A stretch of 51,330 nucleotides of DNA from Minisyncoccia bacterium (GCA_964229335.1 CAXRCZ010000006.1:1-51330); one strand, 5' to 3'; numbered from the stretch's first letter, positions 40,734 to 49,124 are shown. The notes: generated by a model not told the origin, from the sequence alone. Numbers and translations: made by a program.

Positions 40734-42150
40734 ACCAACTACAATCAAGGCTTTGCGTGAGGCTTATCTAAATGGTTCGTACACGCCACTACAAGCCGTT
40801 ACTGATACACTGGCGACCATTAAAGATACTGATACTGACATCAATGCCTTTTTGGCTGTGTACGAGGACAGTATTGAGACGGCTAAAACAGCCACCGAGC
40901 AAATAAAAAATGACAAAGACAAAGTACCAGTACTAGCCGGCGTGCCAATAGCAATAAAAAACAATATTCTCATCAAAGGTAGAAGAGCCACCGCCGCGTC
41001 AAAAATACTCGAGAACTATACCGCCACCTATGACGCCACAATCATAAAACGACTTAAAGAAGCCGGAGCGATTTTGGTGGGAGCTACCAACTTGGATGAG
41101 TTTGCCATGGGTAGCTCAACCGAAAACTCAGCCTTTGGTGTGACCAAAAATCCAACCGACTTCAGCCGAGTAGCTGGCGGTTCTTCTGGTGGTTCGGCGG
41201 CAGCGGTGGCTATGGGCGCTGTTCCTGCCGCAGTCGGGACTGATACTGGCGGCTCTGTTCGCCAGCCAGCCGCCTTTTGTGGAGTAGTCGGCTATAAGCC
41301 TACCTACGGTGCTGTGTCTCGGTATGGATTGATTGCGATGGGTTCCTCACTAGATCAGGCCGGACCTCTTACTCATACAGTAGCTGATGCAGAGATAATT
41401 CACACTGTTATTGCGGGCGAAGATAGCTACGATGCCACTACAATTTTGCCGGATACCTACTCGGTGCCTGCGGTGACAGCTCCGTACACCATCGGTGTCC
41501 CGTACAAATTTCTAGAAAGTGGAGTTGATAAGGACGTGATGCAAAACTTCACTGCGCATCTAGAATCCTTAAAGGAAGCCGGACACAAAATCGTGGATAT
41601 CGACTTACCATTGTTTGAAAAGGGCCTAGCCGCTTACTACATCGTCATGCCAGCGGAAGTATCATCGAATTTGGCTCGCTATGACGGAATTCGCTACGGT
41701 TTGTCAGTGGAAGGTAAAGATTTGCTGGAGGTGTATGAGAAAACACGAGCAGAAGGCTTTGGGTCTGAGGTAAAGCGTCGTATTTTACTTGGTACACACG
41801 TGCTGTCAGCGGGTTACCATGACGCCTATTACGGAAAAGCCGAAATCGTGCGCCGAAAAATGCGCACCGAACTAAACGATGTCTTTACCCAAGTTGATTT
41901 TATTGTGACTCCCACCACACCAACGCCAGCTTTTAAGATAAACGAAAAGTCTGATCCGCTAGCGATGTATAAGCAGGATATATTCACCGTGCCAGTCAAT
42001 CTCACCGGGGTACCAGCACTTAGTTTTCCGATGGGTACTGTGGAGCGAGACAGTGTAGAGTTACCGACTGGGGTACAATATATAGCACCGCATGGCGGTG
42101 ACGCTCGTTTGTTTGCGATTGGAAAAGAAATGTACGACGAGCGTCTATAG
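40726..42150 (+). CDS. gatA: Asp/Glu-tRNA amidotransferase subunit A
   Basis: NLDEFAMGSSTENS, GGSSGGS, GTDTGGSVRQPA, SSNLARYDG. Confidence 0.97.
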   Translation: MNKPTTIKALREAYLNGSYTPLQAVTDTLATIKDTDTDINAFLAVYEDSIETAKTATEQIKNDKDKVPVLAGVPIAIKNNILIKGRRATAASKILENYTATYDATIIKRLKEAGAILVGATNLDEFAMGSSTENSAFGVTKNPTDFSRVAGGSSGGSAAAVAMGAVPAAVGTDTGGSVRQPAAFCGVVGYKPTYGAVSRYGLIAMGSSLDQAGPLTHTVADAEIIHTVIAGEDSYDATTILPDTYSVPAVTAPYTIGVPYKFLESGVDKDVMQNFTAHLESLKEAGHKIVDIDLPLFEKGLAAYYIVMPAEVSSNLARYDGIRYGLSVEGKDLLEVYEKTRAEGFGSEVKRRILLGTHVLSAGYHDAYYGKAEIVRRKMRTELNDVFTQVDFIVTPTTPTPAFKINEKSDPLAMYKQDIFTVPVNLTGVPALSFPMGTVERDSVELPTGVQYIAPHGGDARLFAIGKEMYDERL

Positions 42151-42156
42151 ACACTC

Positions 42157-42780
42157 ATGGAACCTAGTACTCAAGTCGAATACTCAGCCAGCAGCACACC
42201 GCTCAACAACTCTGCCTTTGGGATAGATATTTTTTCGCCAATCCTAAATCTCTTCTCATCCTTTGGTGGAGGTGTTTCTGGTGATTTTATAGATTTACTC
42301 AGTACTATCTGGTCAATTTTTGCTGTTATATCATTACTGCTATCAATTGTAATGCTAGGACTGTACATTTTCGCCTCAATCCGCCGGTGGCATTATTACA
42401 CCCTTAATGACATACAACTACGCGAAGCAGAGGCTCTTTTTGAGAGTAAGGTTAAGGGTGTGAATCGAAATTCTCGGATGGATGACATTGTGGCGCATAT
42501 TGCTTCAGAGAATCCGAATGATTGGAAGTTAGCCATCATCGAAGCAGACGTGATACTAGACAATCTTATGAAAGAGCGGGGATACGCAGGTGCTAGTCTT
42601 GGCGAGCGATTGCGCAGCATATCGACCGAACAACTATCCACTCTTAATGACGCTTGGGAGGCCCACAAGATGCGTAACATGATTGCTCACGAAGGAGCTG
42701 ACTTCGTTCTGACTAAAAGAATGGCCGAAGAAACCATAAATCGTTACCGACGTGTCTTTACTGAATTCGGTATTTTGTAG
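42157..42780 (+). CDS. Membrane-anchored hypothetical protein with HEPN-like RNxxxH motif
   Basis: One TM; AIIEAD...AWEAHKMRNMIAH. Confidence 0.6.
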   Translation: MEPSTQVEYSASSTPLNNSAFGIDIFSPILNLFSSFGGGVSGDFIDLLSTIWSIFAVISLLLSIVMLGLYIFASIRRWHYYTLNDIQLREAEALFESKVKGVNRNSRMDDIVAHIASENPNDWKLAIIEADVILDNLMKERGYAGASLGERLRSISTEQLSTLNDAWEAHKMRNMIAHEGADFVLTKRMAEETINRYRRVFTEFGIL

Positions 42781-42921
42781 CCCGGAGCTAGAAACAGACC
42801 TAAAACACGTTTTCTAGACAAAAATTTGAGAGATGTTATACTCTTCGCCACGACTTGGTGTGTAGTCGCGAGCATGTCTACGCGAACACAACAGTTGAAA
42901 TGTGAACAAAAAAGAATATAT

Positions 42922-43256
42922 AGCGGGGTGGAGGAGTGGTACCTCGGGAGGCTCATAGAAATGTGACCTATTACAGTAATGTAGTACGGAAAAATCTTCG
43001 AAATTGCTGGAAAACCGTAAGAGCTTTACTTGCCACAACGTGACCTGAGAGGGTGAACGTGACGGCTTCAAAAAAGTAAAGATTCGGCAATCGGCAGCCA
43101 AGCCCTTTATCTAGTTGGATAGACGGAAGGTTCAGAGACTATAATGAAGAGTTCCATGCGCGTAGTTTGCGTATGGAACATGGGATAGTCCATGCCCTTG
43201 TGAAAACATGGGATCAGCAGAACCTCCAGACCCCGGTTCGAGTCCGGGCCCCGCAA
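42922..43256 (+). tRNA. Initiator tRNA-fMet (CAU) split by group I intron; exons 42922-42956 and 43221-43256
   Basis: Spliced cloverleaf: AGCGGGG/CCCCGCA with 1:72 mismatch, A11:U24, anticodon arm GGAGG-CTCAT|AA-CCTCC, T-arm CCCGG-TTCGAGT-CCGGG. Confidence 0.9.
42957..43220 (+). mobile_element. Group I self-splicing intron (264 nt, no ORF) at tRNA position 36/37
   Basis: 5' exon ends in U, intron ends in G; IGS GTGA (42963) pairs TCAT; P AAATTGCTGGAAA (43001), Q AATCGGCAGC (43089), R GTTCAGAGACTATA (43130), S GATAGTCC (43184); P7 GACTA/TAGTC. Confidence 0.93.
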
Positions 43257-43260
43257 CAAA

Positions 43261-43300
43261 TAGTAAAAAGATCGAGACTTATTCTCGGTCTTTTTGCTAT
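43261..43300 (+). terminator. Terminator-like hairpin after tRNA-fMet
   Basis: TAGTAAAAAGATCGAG-ACTTATT-CTCGGTCTTTTTGCTA. Confidence 0.7.
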
Positions 43301-43306
43301 TACGGC

Positions 43307-43457
43307 TGCGGTGGCCAGAGAGCCAACTGCTTGGCTCTTGTCGGACTCGAACCAGCGGAGCCATAATTTTTGCACCTACCCTGGTGCATAAATAGGCGAG
43401 CTCGGGGAGGAAGTTCTTATGAGCGTAGCGAATTAGAAACTTGACCCTCGAGTCCGG
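43307..43457 (+). repeat. tRNA-fMet 3' trailer: split antisense plus sense copy of tRNA 3' end
   Basis: TGCGGtGGC + hairpin 43316-43340 + TCGGACTCGAACC; sense copy TCGAGTCCGG at 43448-43457. Confidence 0.75.
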
Positions 43458-43546
43458 TTCTTACAGAACCAGTACACCTTTTGGAAAACAAGTTTCTCAT
43501 AAGGTCTTGCGCCAGTCTCCCAGACTGGCTCACCTCGAAACAAAAA

Positions 43547-43577
43547 AGAAAAGCCAGCAATAGCTGGCTTTTCTTTT
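43547..43577. terminator. Bidirectional-type terminator
   Basis: AAGAAAAGCCAGC-AATA-GCTGGCTTTTCTTTT. Confidence 0.75.
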
Positions 43578-43609
43578 GGGAGAAAGCAGAATTTGTTATA
43601 GTGGAGGGT

Positions 43610-44701
43610 ATGAAAAAAATAATCATTATTCTGTTGATTCTGGCGCTCGGTGCTGGAGTCATTTGGTACCTTACTAATAACAATACTACCGAAGACGGAA
43701 CTCAACCTGAGCAAATTAATATTGAAGAATTAGTAGAAGTTAATCCTGTCTCCCACGCTTCATTCGTAATGACGCTTGATCGTACGGTCATCTACAACGA
43801 TCCGGTAGGAGACTTAGAATTGTATAGTGCGTATCCACCACCAGACGTAGTGTTGCTGAGTGACATTGATCCAGATCACCTTGATGTAGAAACATTATCA
43901 GAATTAGTTAATGAAGATACGCCAATCATCGCACCAGCGGCAGTGGCCGAGCAACTCCCGACTAACCTATCAAGTGAAATAATCGTCCTTGCTAATGGAG
44001 ACACTACCAAGGTGCAAGGGGTGACAGTGACTGCTATTCCAATGTACAACACTGGTTCTGGAGATGATGTGTATCATCCCGAAGGTCGAGGTAACGGCTA
44101 CCTGCTAGAGCGTAGTGACGCTCGTGTATATATCGCTGGAGACACAGAAGAGACTCCAGAAATGAGAGATTTAGAGGACATTGATGTTGCCTTTGTGCCG
44201 ATGAATCTTCCATACACGATGAGTGTTGAGGGTGCAGCTGATGCTGTACTGGAATTTGCTCCACGAGTAGTCTATCCATACCACTATCGCGGCACTGATG
44301 GTCTGAGTGATGTCGAACAATTTAAGACCTTAGTAGAGCAAGCGAACGCTGCAATAGAAGTGGTACTAGGAGATTGGTATCCAGAGGAGTCTACAGCTTC
44401 TGAGACCGAAAATGATTCAGATGGAGAAAATGTAACGTTCGATATTTCGGGCACTAACTTTGCGTTTGATGTGACTGAAATGAGAGTTAGTGAAGGAGAT
44501 ACAGTTACTGTTAATTTCACTAGTGAAAGCGGATTTCATGATTGGGTAGTTGATGAATTCGGTGCCGCTACTGAGCAAGTAGATACTGGCGGAACCACCT
44601 CAGTGACCTTTGTGGCTGATAGAGCTGGAACGTATGAGTACTATTGTTCTGTTGGTAGTCATCGCGACCGCGGTATGGTCGGTACACTGATTGTCGAGTA
44701 A
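43610..44701 (+). CDS. Membrane-anchored MBL-fold hydrolase fused to cupredoxin domain
   Basis: N-terminal TM; HASF, DIDPDH, YIAGDT, YPYHY (MBL fold); HDW...YYCSVGSHRDRGM type-1 copper site. Confidence 0.85.
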   Translation: MKKIIIILLILALGAGVIWYLTNNNTTEDGTQPEQINIEELVEVNPVSHASFVMTLDRTVIYNDPVGDLELYSAYPPPDVVLLSDIDPDHLDVETLSELVNEDTPIIAPAAVAEQLPTNLSSEIIVLANGDTTKVQGVTVTAIPMYNTGSGDDVYHPEGRGNGYLLERSDARVYIAGDTEETPEMRDLEDIDVAFVPMNLPYTMSVEGAADAVLEFAPRVVYPYHYRGTDGLSDVEQFKTLVEQANAAIEVVLGDWYPEESTASETENDSDGENVTFDISGTNFAFDVTEMRVSEGDTVTVNFTSESGFHDWVVDEFGAATEQVDTGGTTSVTFVADRAGTYEYYCSVGSHRDRGMVGTLIVE

Positions 44702-44773
44702 TTCAGAATCTAGATAAGAATGGCGACAGACAGTAGTATTCTGGCGCTTTTTCTTTTGCTATACTCATCGTAT

Positions 44774-45451
44774 ATGCAATGTGTAATTTTAGCGGCGGGA
44801 AAAGGAACCCGCTTACGACCTCTTACTGAAACCACTCCAAAACCTCTAGTAAAAGTAGCCGGAAAGCCACTGCTGGATCATATTGTTGAATCCTTACCGA
44901 GCGCAGTCAATGAGTTGATTATTGTTACTGGTTATCTTGAAGAAAACATAAAAGAGCACTGCGGCGAGGTCTTCCACGGACGGCAGGTTACGTATGTCCA
45001 TCAAGCCGAACAAAAAGGAACCGCTCATGCACTGTGGTTGTGCAAGGACTTATTACAAGGTCGTTTCTTGTTTATGTTTGCCGATGATTTGCACGGCAAA
45101 GATGATATCGCTCGCGTTACTTCGTATTCGCGAGCGATGTTGACGTATCAAACTGATACGCCAGAACGGTTTGGTATCGTGGTACGTCATCCGGATGGGA
45201 CTCTGGCAGAGATAATAGAAAAACCTCAACACCCACCATCAAACCTGGCTTCGACTGGAGTCATGGTGCTTGATACTAATTTATTTAACTATGAAGTCAG
45301 AAAGGAAATAAATGGTGAATTTTTCTTGACTGACGTGATTCAGGAATATGCTAAAGAATATCCCATGGCAGTGGTTGAACAAAGATTGTGGCTACCAATT
45401 GGTTATCCAGAAGATATTGAGAAAGCAGAACAGGTATTGAATCGCCTTTAG
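44774..45451 (+). CDS. Sugar-phosphate nucleotidyltransferase family protein
   Basis: ILAAGKGTRLRPLT..TPKPL, Q..QKGTAHA, EKP. Confidence 0.9.
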   Translation: MQCVILAAGKGTRLRPLTETTPKPLVKVAGKPLLDHIVESLPSAVNELIIVTGYLEENIKEHCGEVFHGRQVTYVHQAEQKGTAHALWLCKDLLQGRFLFMFADDLHGKDDIARVTSYSRAMLTYQTDTPERFGIVVRHPDGTLAEIIEKPQHPPSNLASTGVMVLDTNLFNYEVRKEINGEFFLTDVIQEYAKEYPMAVVEQRLWLPIGYPEDIEKAEQVLNRL

Positions 45452-45481
45452 AAGTGTAGTACCCTTGTTGCCACACCAATT

Positions 45482-45555
45482 GCTGACGTAGCTCAGTTGG
45501 TTAGAGCGTAGGACTCATAAACCTAAGGTCGGAGGTTCAATTCCTCCCGTCAGCA
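45482..45555 (+). tRNA. tRNA-Met (CAU), probably elongator, no encoded CCA
   Basis: GCTGACG/CGTCAGC acceptor, loop CTCATAA, T-arm GGAGG-TTCAATT-CCTCC; Ile2 identity cannot be fully excluded. Confidence 0.85.
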
Positions 45556-45560
45556 CAAAG

Positions 45561-45584
45561 AAAACCGCCCATCAGGCGGTTTTT
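45561..45584 (+). terminator. Terminator-like hairpin after tRNA-Met
   Basis: AAAACCGCC-CATCA-GGCGGTTTTT. Confidence 0.75.
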
Positions 45585-45587
45585 GAC

Positions 45588-45713
45588 TGCTGACGGCGCA
45601 TTTATCTGGGAGATAAATGCGGAGGAATTGAAAAGGTTGCCAGCATTCTGCGAGCTTGCGAAGCAGAAGGCGACAACCTGTACTGAACATGTAATGTTCA
45701 GTTCCTCCCGTCA
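45588..45713 (+). repeat. tRNA-Met 3' trailer: split antisense plus sense copy of tRNA 3' end
   Basis: TGCTGACGG + hairpin 45597-45621 + GAGGAATTGAA = exact 20-nt antisense; sense copy GTTCAgTTCCTCCCGTCA at 45696-45713 (17/18). Confidence 0.85.
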
Positions 45714-45736
45714 CTAAATCATGCTACACTTTCCAT

Positions 45737-45811
45737 ATGCTATACATTACAAACAATCATAGTCGGCGGCGAAGCAAGACTCTCTTTGAGCTCGCTTCTG
45801 AATGTTTGTAG
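45737..45811 (+). CDS. Possible leaderless 24-aa leader peptide MLYITNNHSRRRSKTLFELASECL
   Basis: TGcTACACT -10 six nt before ATG; terminator hairpin at 45833-45859. Confidence 0.3.
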   Translation: MLYITNNHSRRRSKTLFELASECL

Positions 45812-45886
45812 AATACACTCCTCGAATTTTTTAAGCGGTCTCAAATGAGACCGCTTTTTGTGTAAGTGCAATGAAAGGAATTTGTA

Positions 45887-46105
45887 ATGAAAGTCTTTGA
45901 ACTCTCAAACCAAGCAGAAGCGAAAGCTGAGACTTGGATCGAGCAACACAAAAAGGAAAAATGCGGGATGTTTGATCGCCCAATGAGGGGAGAAATCACT
46001 GAAAGCCCGATTACATACACTTTTACCGATAGTAGTATTGGCACTCTTGCTTCAGTGTCGTGTGAATGTGGTAAATCAGAGCTTATAAATTTTGAAGATT
46101 TGTAA
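45887..46105 (+). CDS. Small hypothetical protein, phage-like, Cys-containing
   Basis: 72 aa, AAAGGA SD, TYTFT.SSIG...CECG; terminator at 46118-46147. Confidence 0.6.
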   Translation: MKVFELSNQAEAKAETWIEQHKKEKCGMFDRPMRGEITESPITYTFTDSSIGTLASVSCECGKSELINFEDL

Positions 46106-46156
46106 GCTTAACCAATACACTGGCTCGCGTTTGCGCGGGCCAGTTTTTCATAATTA

Positions 46157-46320
46157 GACGAGGTTCGGTCACAAGTCCAAATCAAAGATTTGGCTCGCGA
46201 CCCCGACTCAGCGACAAGCCCTCGCTCCGCTCGTCTTGTATACCGCCTCCGTCTTTCGAGTCCCGTCTGGCGCGTACATAGCAAAGTCCCGGTCTTTGCA
46301 GACCGGGACCTAACTATGTA
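46157..46320 (-). repeat. tRNA-Asp 3' trailer with perfect 20-nt antisense copy of tRNA 3' end
   Basis: TTCGAGTCCCGTCTGGCGCG on + strand at 46255-46274 is the inverted repeat of 46323-46342; nested GTCCCGGTCT/AGACCGGGAC hairpin. Confidence 0.85.
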
Positions 46321-46322
46321 TG

Positions 46323-46396
46323 CGCGCCAGACGGGACTCGAACCCGCAGCCTCCCGCGTGACAGGCGGGTGCTCTAACCAATTGAGCTACCAGCGC
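46323..46396 (-). tRNA. tRNA-Asp (GUC), no encoded CCA
   Basis: GCGCTGG/CTGGCGC-G73, anticodon arm CCCGC-CTGTCAC-GCGGG. Confidence 0.95.
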
Positions 46397-46487
46397 AAAT
46401 GTGGGAAAGAGTATAGCCGGTTTACATATTTTTCGCAATAGCTGGAAAAATAAAAGGTGATTTGGTATGCTGTGACGGCTTACAAAT

Positions 46488-46563
46488 GCCATCTTAGCTC
46501 AGTCGGTAGAGCGCATCCATGGTAAGGATGAGGTCCGCGGTTCAATCCCGCGAGATGGCTCCA
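46488..46563 (+). tRNA. tRNA-Thr (GGU), CCA encoded
   Basis: GCCATCT/AGATGGC, anticodon arm CATCC-ATGGTAA-GGATG. Confidence 0.95.
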
Positions 46564-46564
46564 A

Positions 46565-46605
46565 AAAAGAACCACTCAACAGCATCGCTGTTGAGTGGTT
46601 CTTTT
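46565..46605 (+). terminator. Terminator after tRNA-Thr
   Basis: AAAAGAACCACTCAACAGC-ATC-GCTGTTGAGTGGTTCTTTT. Confidence 0.85.
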
Positions 46606-46619
46606 GCTATACTCATCCT

Positions 46620-47492
46620 ATGTCAGACTTCGAATCAAGAATCGCCGAGATAGAAGCAGCTATGCTAGAACCATCGTTTTGGAACGACTCGCAGGCTGCG
46701 CAAGCGATGATTAAAGAACTCCAGGAACTAAAAGATGCGGCTGAAGGTAAGGGCAAATATGACCGCTTCGATGCGGTGTTCACCATCGTTGCTGGTGCTG
46801 GTGGAGACGATGCGGAAGATTTTGCTCGAATGCTGGTGGAGATGTATCAAAAATACGCTGAGAGCAAAGGGTGGAGTGTAGCAATTATTGATAGTAATAC
46901 CAACGACCATAATGGCTATCGCAATATCACTTTTGAGATACAAGGGAAGGAGGCTTATGGCACATTGCTAAGTGAGTCTGGTGTACATCGTCTAGTTCGT
47001 ATTTCACCATTCAATGCCAACGGCAAACGCCAAACCTCATTTGTGTTAGTGGAAGTCTCTCCCAAATTAGAAGACCTGGATGCTGAGGTTATTAAAGAGG
47101 ACGAACTGGAAATAAGCTTTGCTCGATCAGGGGGAGCTGGTGGCCAGAATGTGAACAAACGAGAGACAGCTGTCCGGATTGTCCACACCCCAACCAATAT
47201 CTCAGTCAATGTCTCTAGCGAACGGTCACAACAACAAAATCGCGAAAAGGCTCTTAAGTTGCTGGCTGGTAAAGTAATTGCTTTTAATGAAGCTCAGCAA
47301 AAGCGAGAATTACAAGGCTTATCAGTTGAAAAAAGCCTCAAAATCGAGTGGGGCAACCAAATTAGGTCGTATGTGTTGCATCCATATCAGCTTGTAAAAG
47401 ACCATAGAACTAACACTGAAGTCCGAAATGTCGACGCTGTATTAGGCGGGGATATCGAGGCGTTTATTACTACTTCTAAGAAATTAGAGTAG
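46620..47492 (+). CDS. prfB: Peptide chain release factor 2, shortened
   Basis: [11 protein letters not shown] (SPF specificity motif), [12 protein letters not shown]. Confidence 0.93.
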   Translation: MSDFESRIAEIEAAMLEPSFWNDSQAAQAMIKELQELKDAAEGKGKYDRFDAVFTIVAGAGGDDAEDFARMLVEMYQKYAESKGWSVAIIDSNTNDHNGYRNITFEIQGKEAYGTLLSESGVHRLVRISPFNANGKRQTSFVLVEVSPKLEDLDAEVIKEDELEISFARSGGAGGQNVNKRETAVRIVHTPTNISVNVSSERSQQQNREKALKLLAGKVIAFNEAQQKRELQGLSVEKSLKIEWGNQIRSYVLHPYQLVKDHRTNTEVRNVDAVLGGDIEAFITTSKKLE

Positions 47493-47510
47493 CGTGTTAT
47501 AATCTGACTC

Positions 47511-48194
47511 ATGATTTACTTTGATAAAGTTTCCAAGCTTTACAACGATGGCCGGTCAGCGGCTCTAGAGGAAGTGACTTTTCAAATTGCTCCCAAAGAA
47601 TTCGTTTCAATTGTTGGACACTCTGGAGCCGGCAAAACTACTTTACTCAAAATGATTATTGCCGAAGACCAACCATCTCACGGTCAAGTATTCTTTGAGT
47701 CGCTTGATGTACACAGCATCCCTCGCTCCAAGCTTCCACACTACCGGCGCAAGATTGGAACTGTCTTTCAAGATTTCAAACTCCTAGCTCACAAAAACGC
47801 TTACGAAAATATCGCCTTTGCGATGGAGGCTAATGGTCGGACTGACGAAGAGATTGCGGAGAATGTTCCACAAGCTCTCGCTCTAGTAGACCTAGAAGAC
47901 AAAGCGCGCAATTTCCCACACGAGCTATCAGGTGGAGAAAAGCAGCGAGTAGCCATTGCGCGCGCCATCGTCAATCAGCCAGACTTGATTATTGCGGACG
48001 AGCCAACGGGAAATCTTGACCCTATCGCTACTTATGAAATCGTAGAAATTCTACGCAAGATTAACAACCTTGGCACAACTGTAGTGATGACCACTCACAA
48101 CAAAGGGGTGATAGATGAGATTGACCGCCGTGTCATCACTATGGATGAAGGGCGGATTGTGCGTGATGATGAGAAGGGTAAATATGTTTTGTAA
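47511..48194 (+). CDS. ftsE: Cell division ATP-binding protein FtsE
   Basis: GHSGAGKTT, VFQDFKLL, LSGGEKQRV, ADEPTGNLDP; upstream of ftsX. Confidence 0.94.
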   Translation: MIYFDKVSKLYNDGRSAALEEVTFQIAPKEFVSIVGHSGAGKTTLLKMIIAEDQPSHGQVFFESLDVHSIPRSKLPHYRRKIGTVFQDFKLLAHKNAYENIAFAMEANGRTDEEIAENVPQALALVDLEDKARNFPHELSGGEKQRVAIARAIVNQPDLIIADEPTGNLDPIATYEIVEILRKINNLGTTVVMTTHNKGVIDEIDRRVITMDEGRIVRDDEKGKYVL

Positions 48195-48197
48195 TTT

Positions 48198-49118
48198 ATG
48201 TTAAGTGGACTTCGTAGAGTAGTAAAAGCCGGAACCATCGGATTTTGGCGTAATGCGTATGTGTCGTTGGCGTCAGTGTTTGTACTGACAGTGACGTTGT
48301 TTGTGATTGGGTCAACCATGTTCCTCGACCAGTTGTTGACTAGTTCTTTGCAAACGTTGCAATCGAAAGTCGATATCAATGTCTATTTTGTACCAGATGC
48401 TCCAGCCGAAGAGATTGAACGTCTACAAACTGCCATAGAAGCGTTGCCTGATGTTGAAGCGGTTACTTTCACTTCTCGTGAAGAAGCGCTGGAAGAGTAC
48501 CAAGCCCGTAACCAAAACGACGAGATTGCTATGCAAGCCCTCTCTGAGCTAGACGAAAACCCGCTTGGCTCCAACTTAGCTATTCAGGCATCAGAGACTT
48601 CACAGTACGAACAGATTGCTAATTTCCTTGAAGAGCAAAGAGAGCTTGAGCAACCAGGAGTACCGGTAATTGATGAGATTAACTACAATCGAAACCGAGA
48701 ATCAATTGATAGATTGACCGATATTATCGGAGCAGTCGAACAAGGTAGTTTCTTAGTGATGATGATTCTACTCATCGCGGCCGTGCTAATTACCTTCAAT
48801 ACTATTCGGTTGGCTATTTACACAGCTCGTGAAGAAATTTCTATTATGCGTTTGGTGGGAGCTAGTAACATGTTTATTCGTGGTCCGTTCATGCTACAAG
48901 GCTTTATGTACGGCTTTATTGCCGGAGTATTGTGTCTCCTTATCTTCTATCCAATCCTCCTCTGGCTTGGTCCAAAGACCCAAACCTTTTTCGAGTTCAA
49001 CCTACTGACCTACTATGTAGATAATCTAGGTTACCTGTTCTTGGTACTAGTGGGTATTGGTGTAGTCCTGGGTCTAGTCTCCAGTACCCTCGCCGTAGCT
49101 CGGTACCTTCGCACCTAA
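48198..49118 (+). CDS. ftsX: Cell division permease FtsX
   Basis: 4 TMs, NTIRLAIY..REEISIMRLVGAS..FIRGPF. Confidence 0.93.
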   Translation: MLSGLRRVVKAGTIGFWRNAYVSLASVFVLTVTLFVIGSTMFLDQLLTSSLQTLQSKVDINVYFVPDAPAEEIERLQTAIEALPDVEAVTFTSREEALEEYQARNQNDEIAMQALSELDENPLGSNLAIQASETSQYEQIANFLEEQRELEQPGVPVIDEINYNRNRESIDRLTDIIGAVEQGSFLVMMILLIAAVLITFNTIRLAIYTAREEISIMRLVGASNMFIRGPFMLQGFMYGFIAGVLCLLIFYPILLWLGPKTQTFFEFNLLTYYVDNLGYLFLVLVGIGVVLGLVSSTLAVARYLRT

Positions 49119-49124
49119 TTTCTT

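Noticed and set aside
40419-42150. Missing gatB as a novelty
   Set aside because: gatB is often unlinked from gatCA; absence from the window is uninformative.
42957-43220. Homing endonuclease in the intron
   Set aside because: Intron is only 264 nt; ORFs overlapping 42744-43391 are spurious frames over RNA genes.
46560-46640. Programmed +1 frameshift in prfB
   Set aside because: Upstream is tRNA-Thr and its terminator; no CTT-TGA site or N-terminal ORF.
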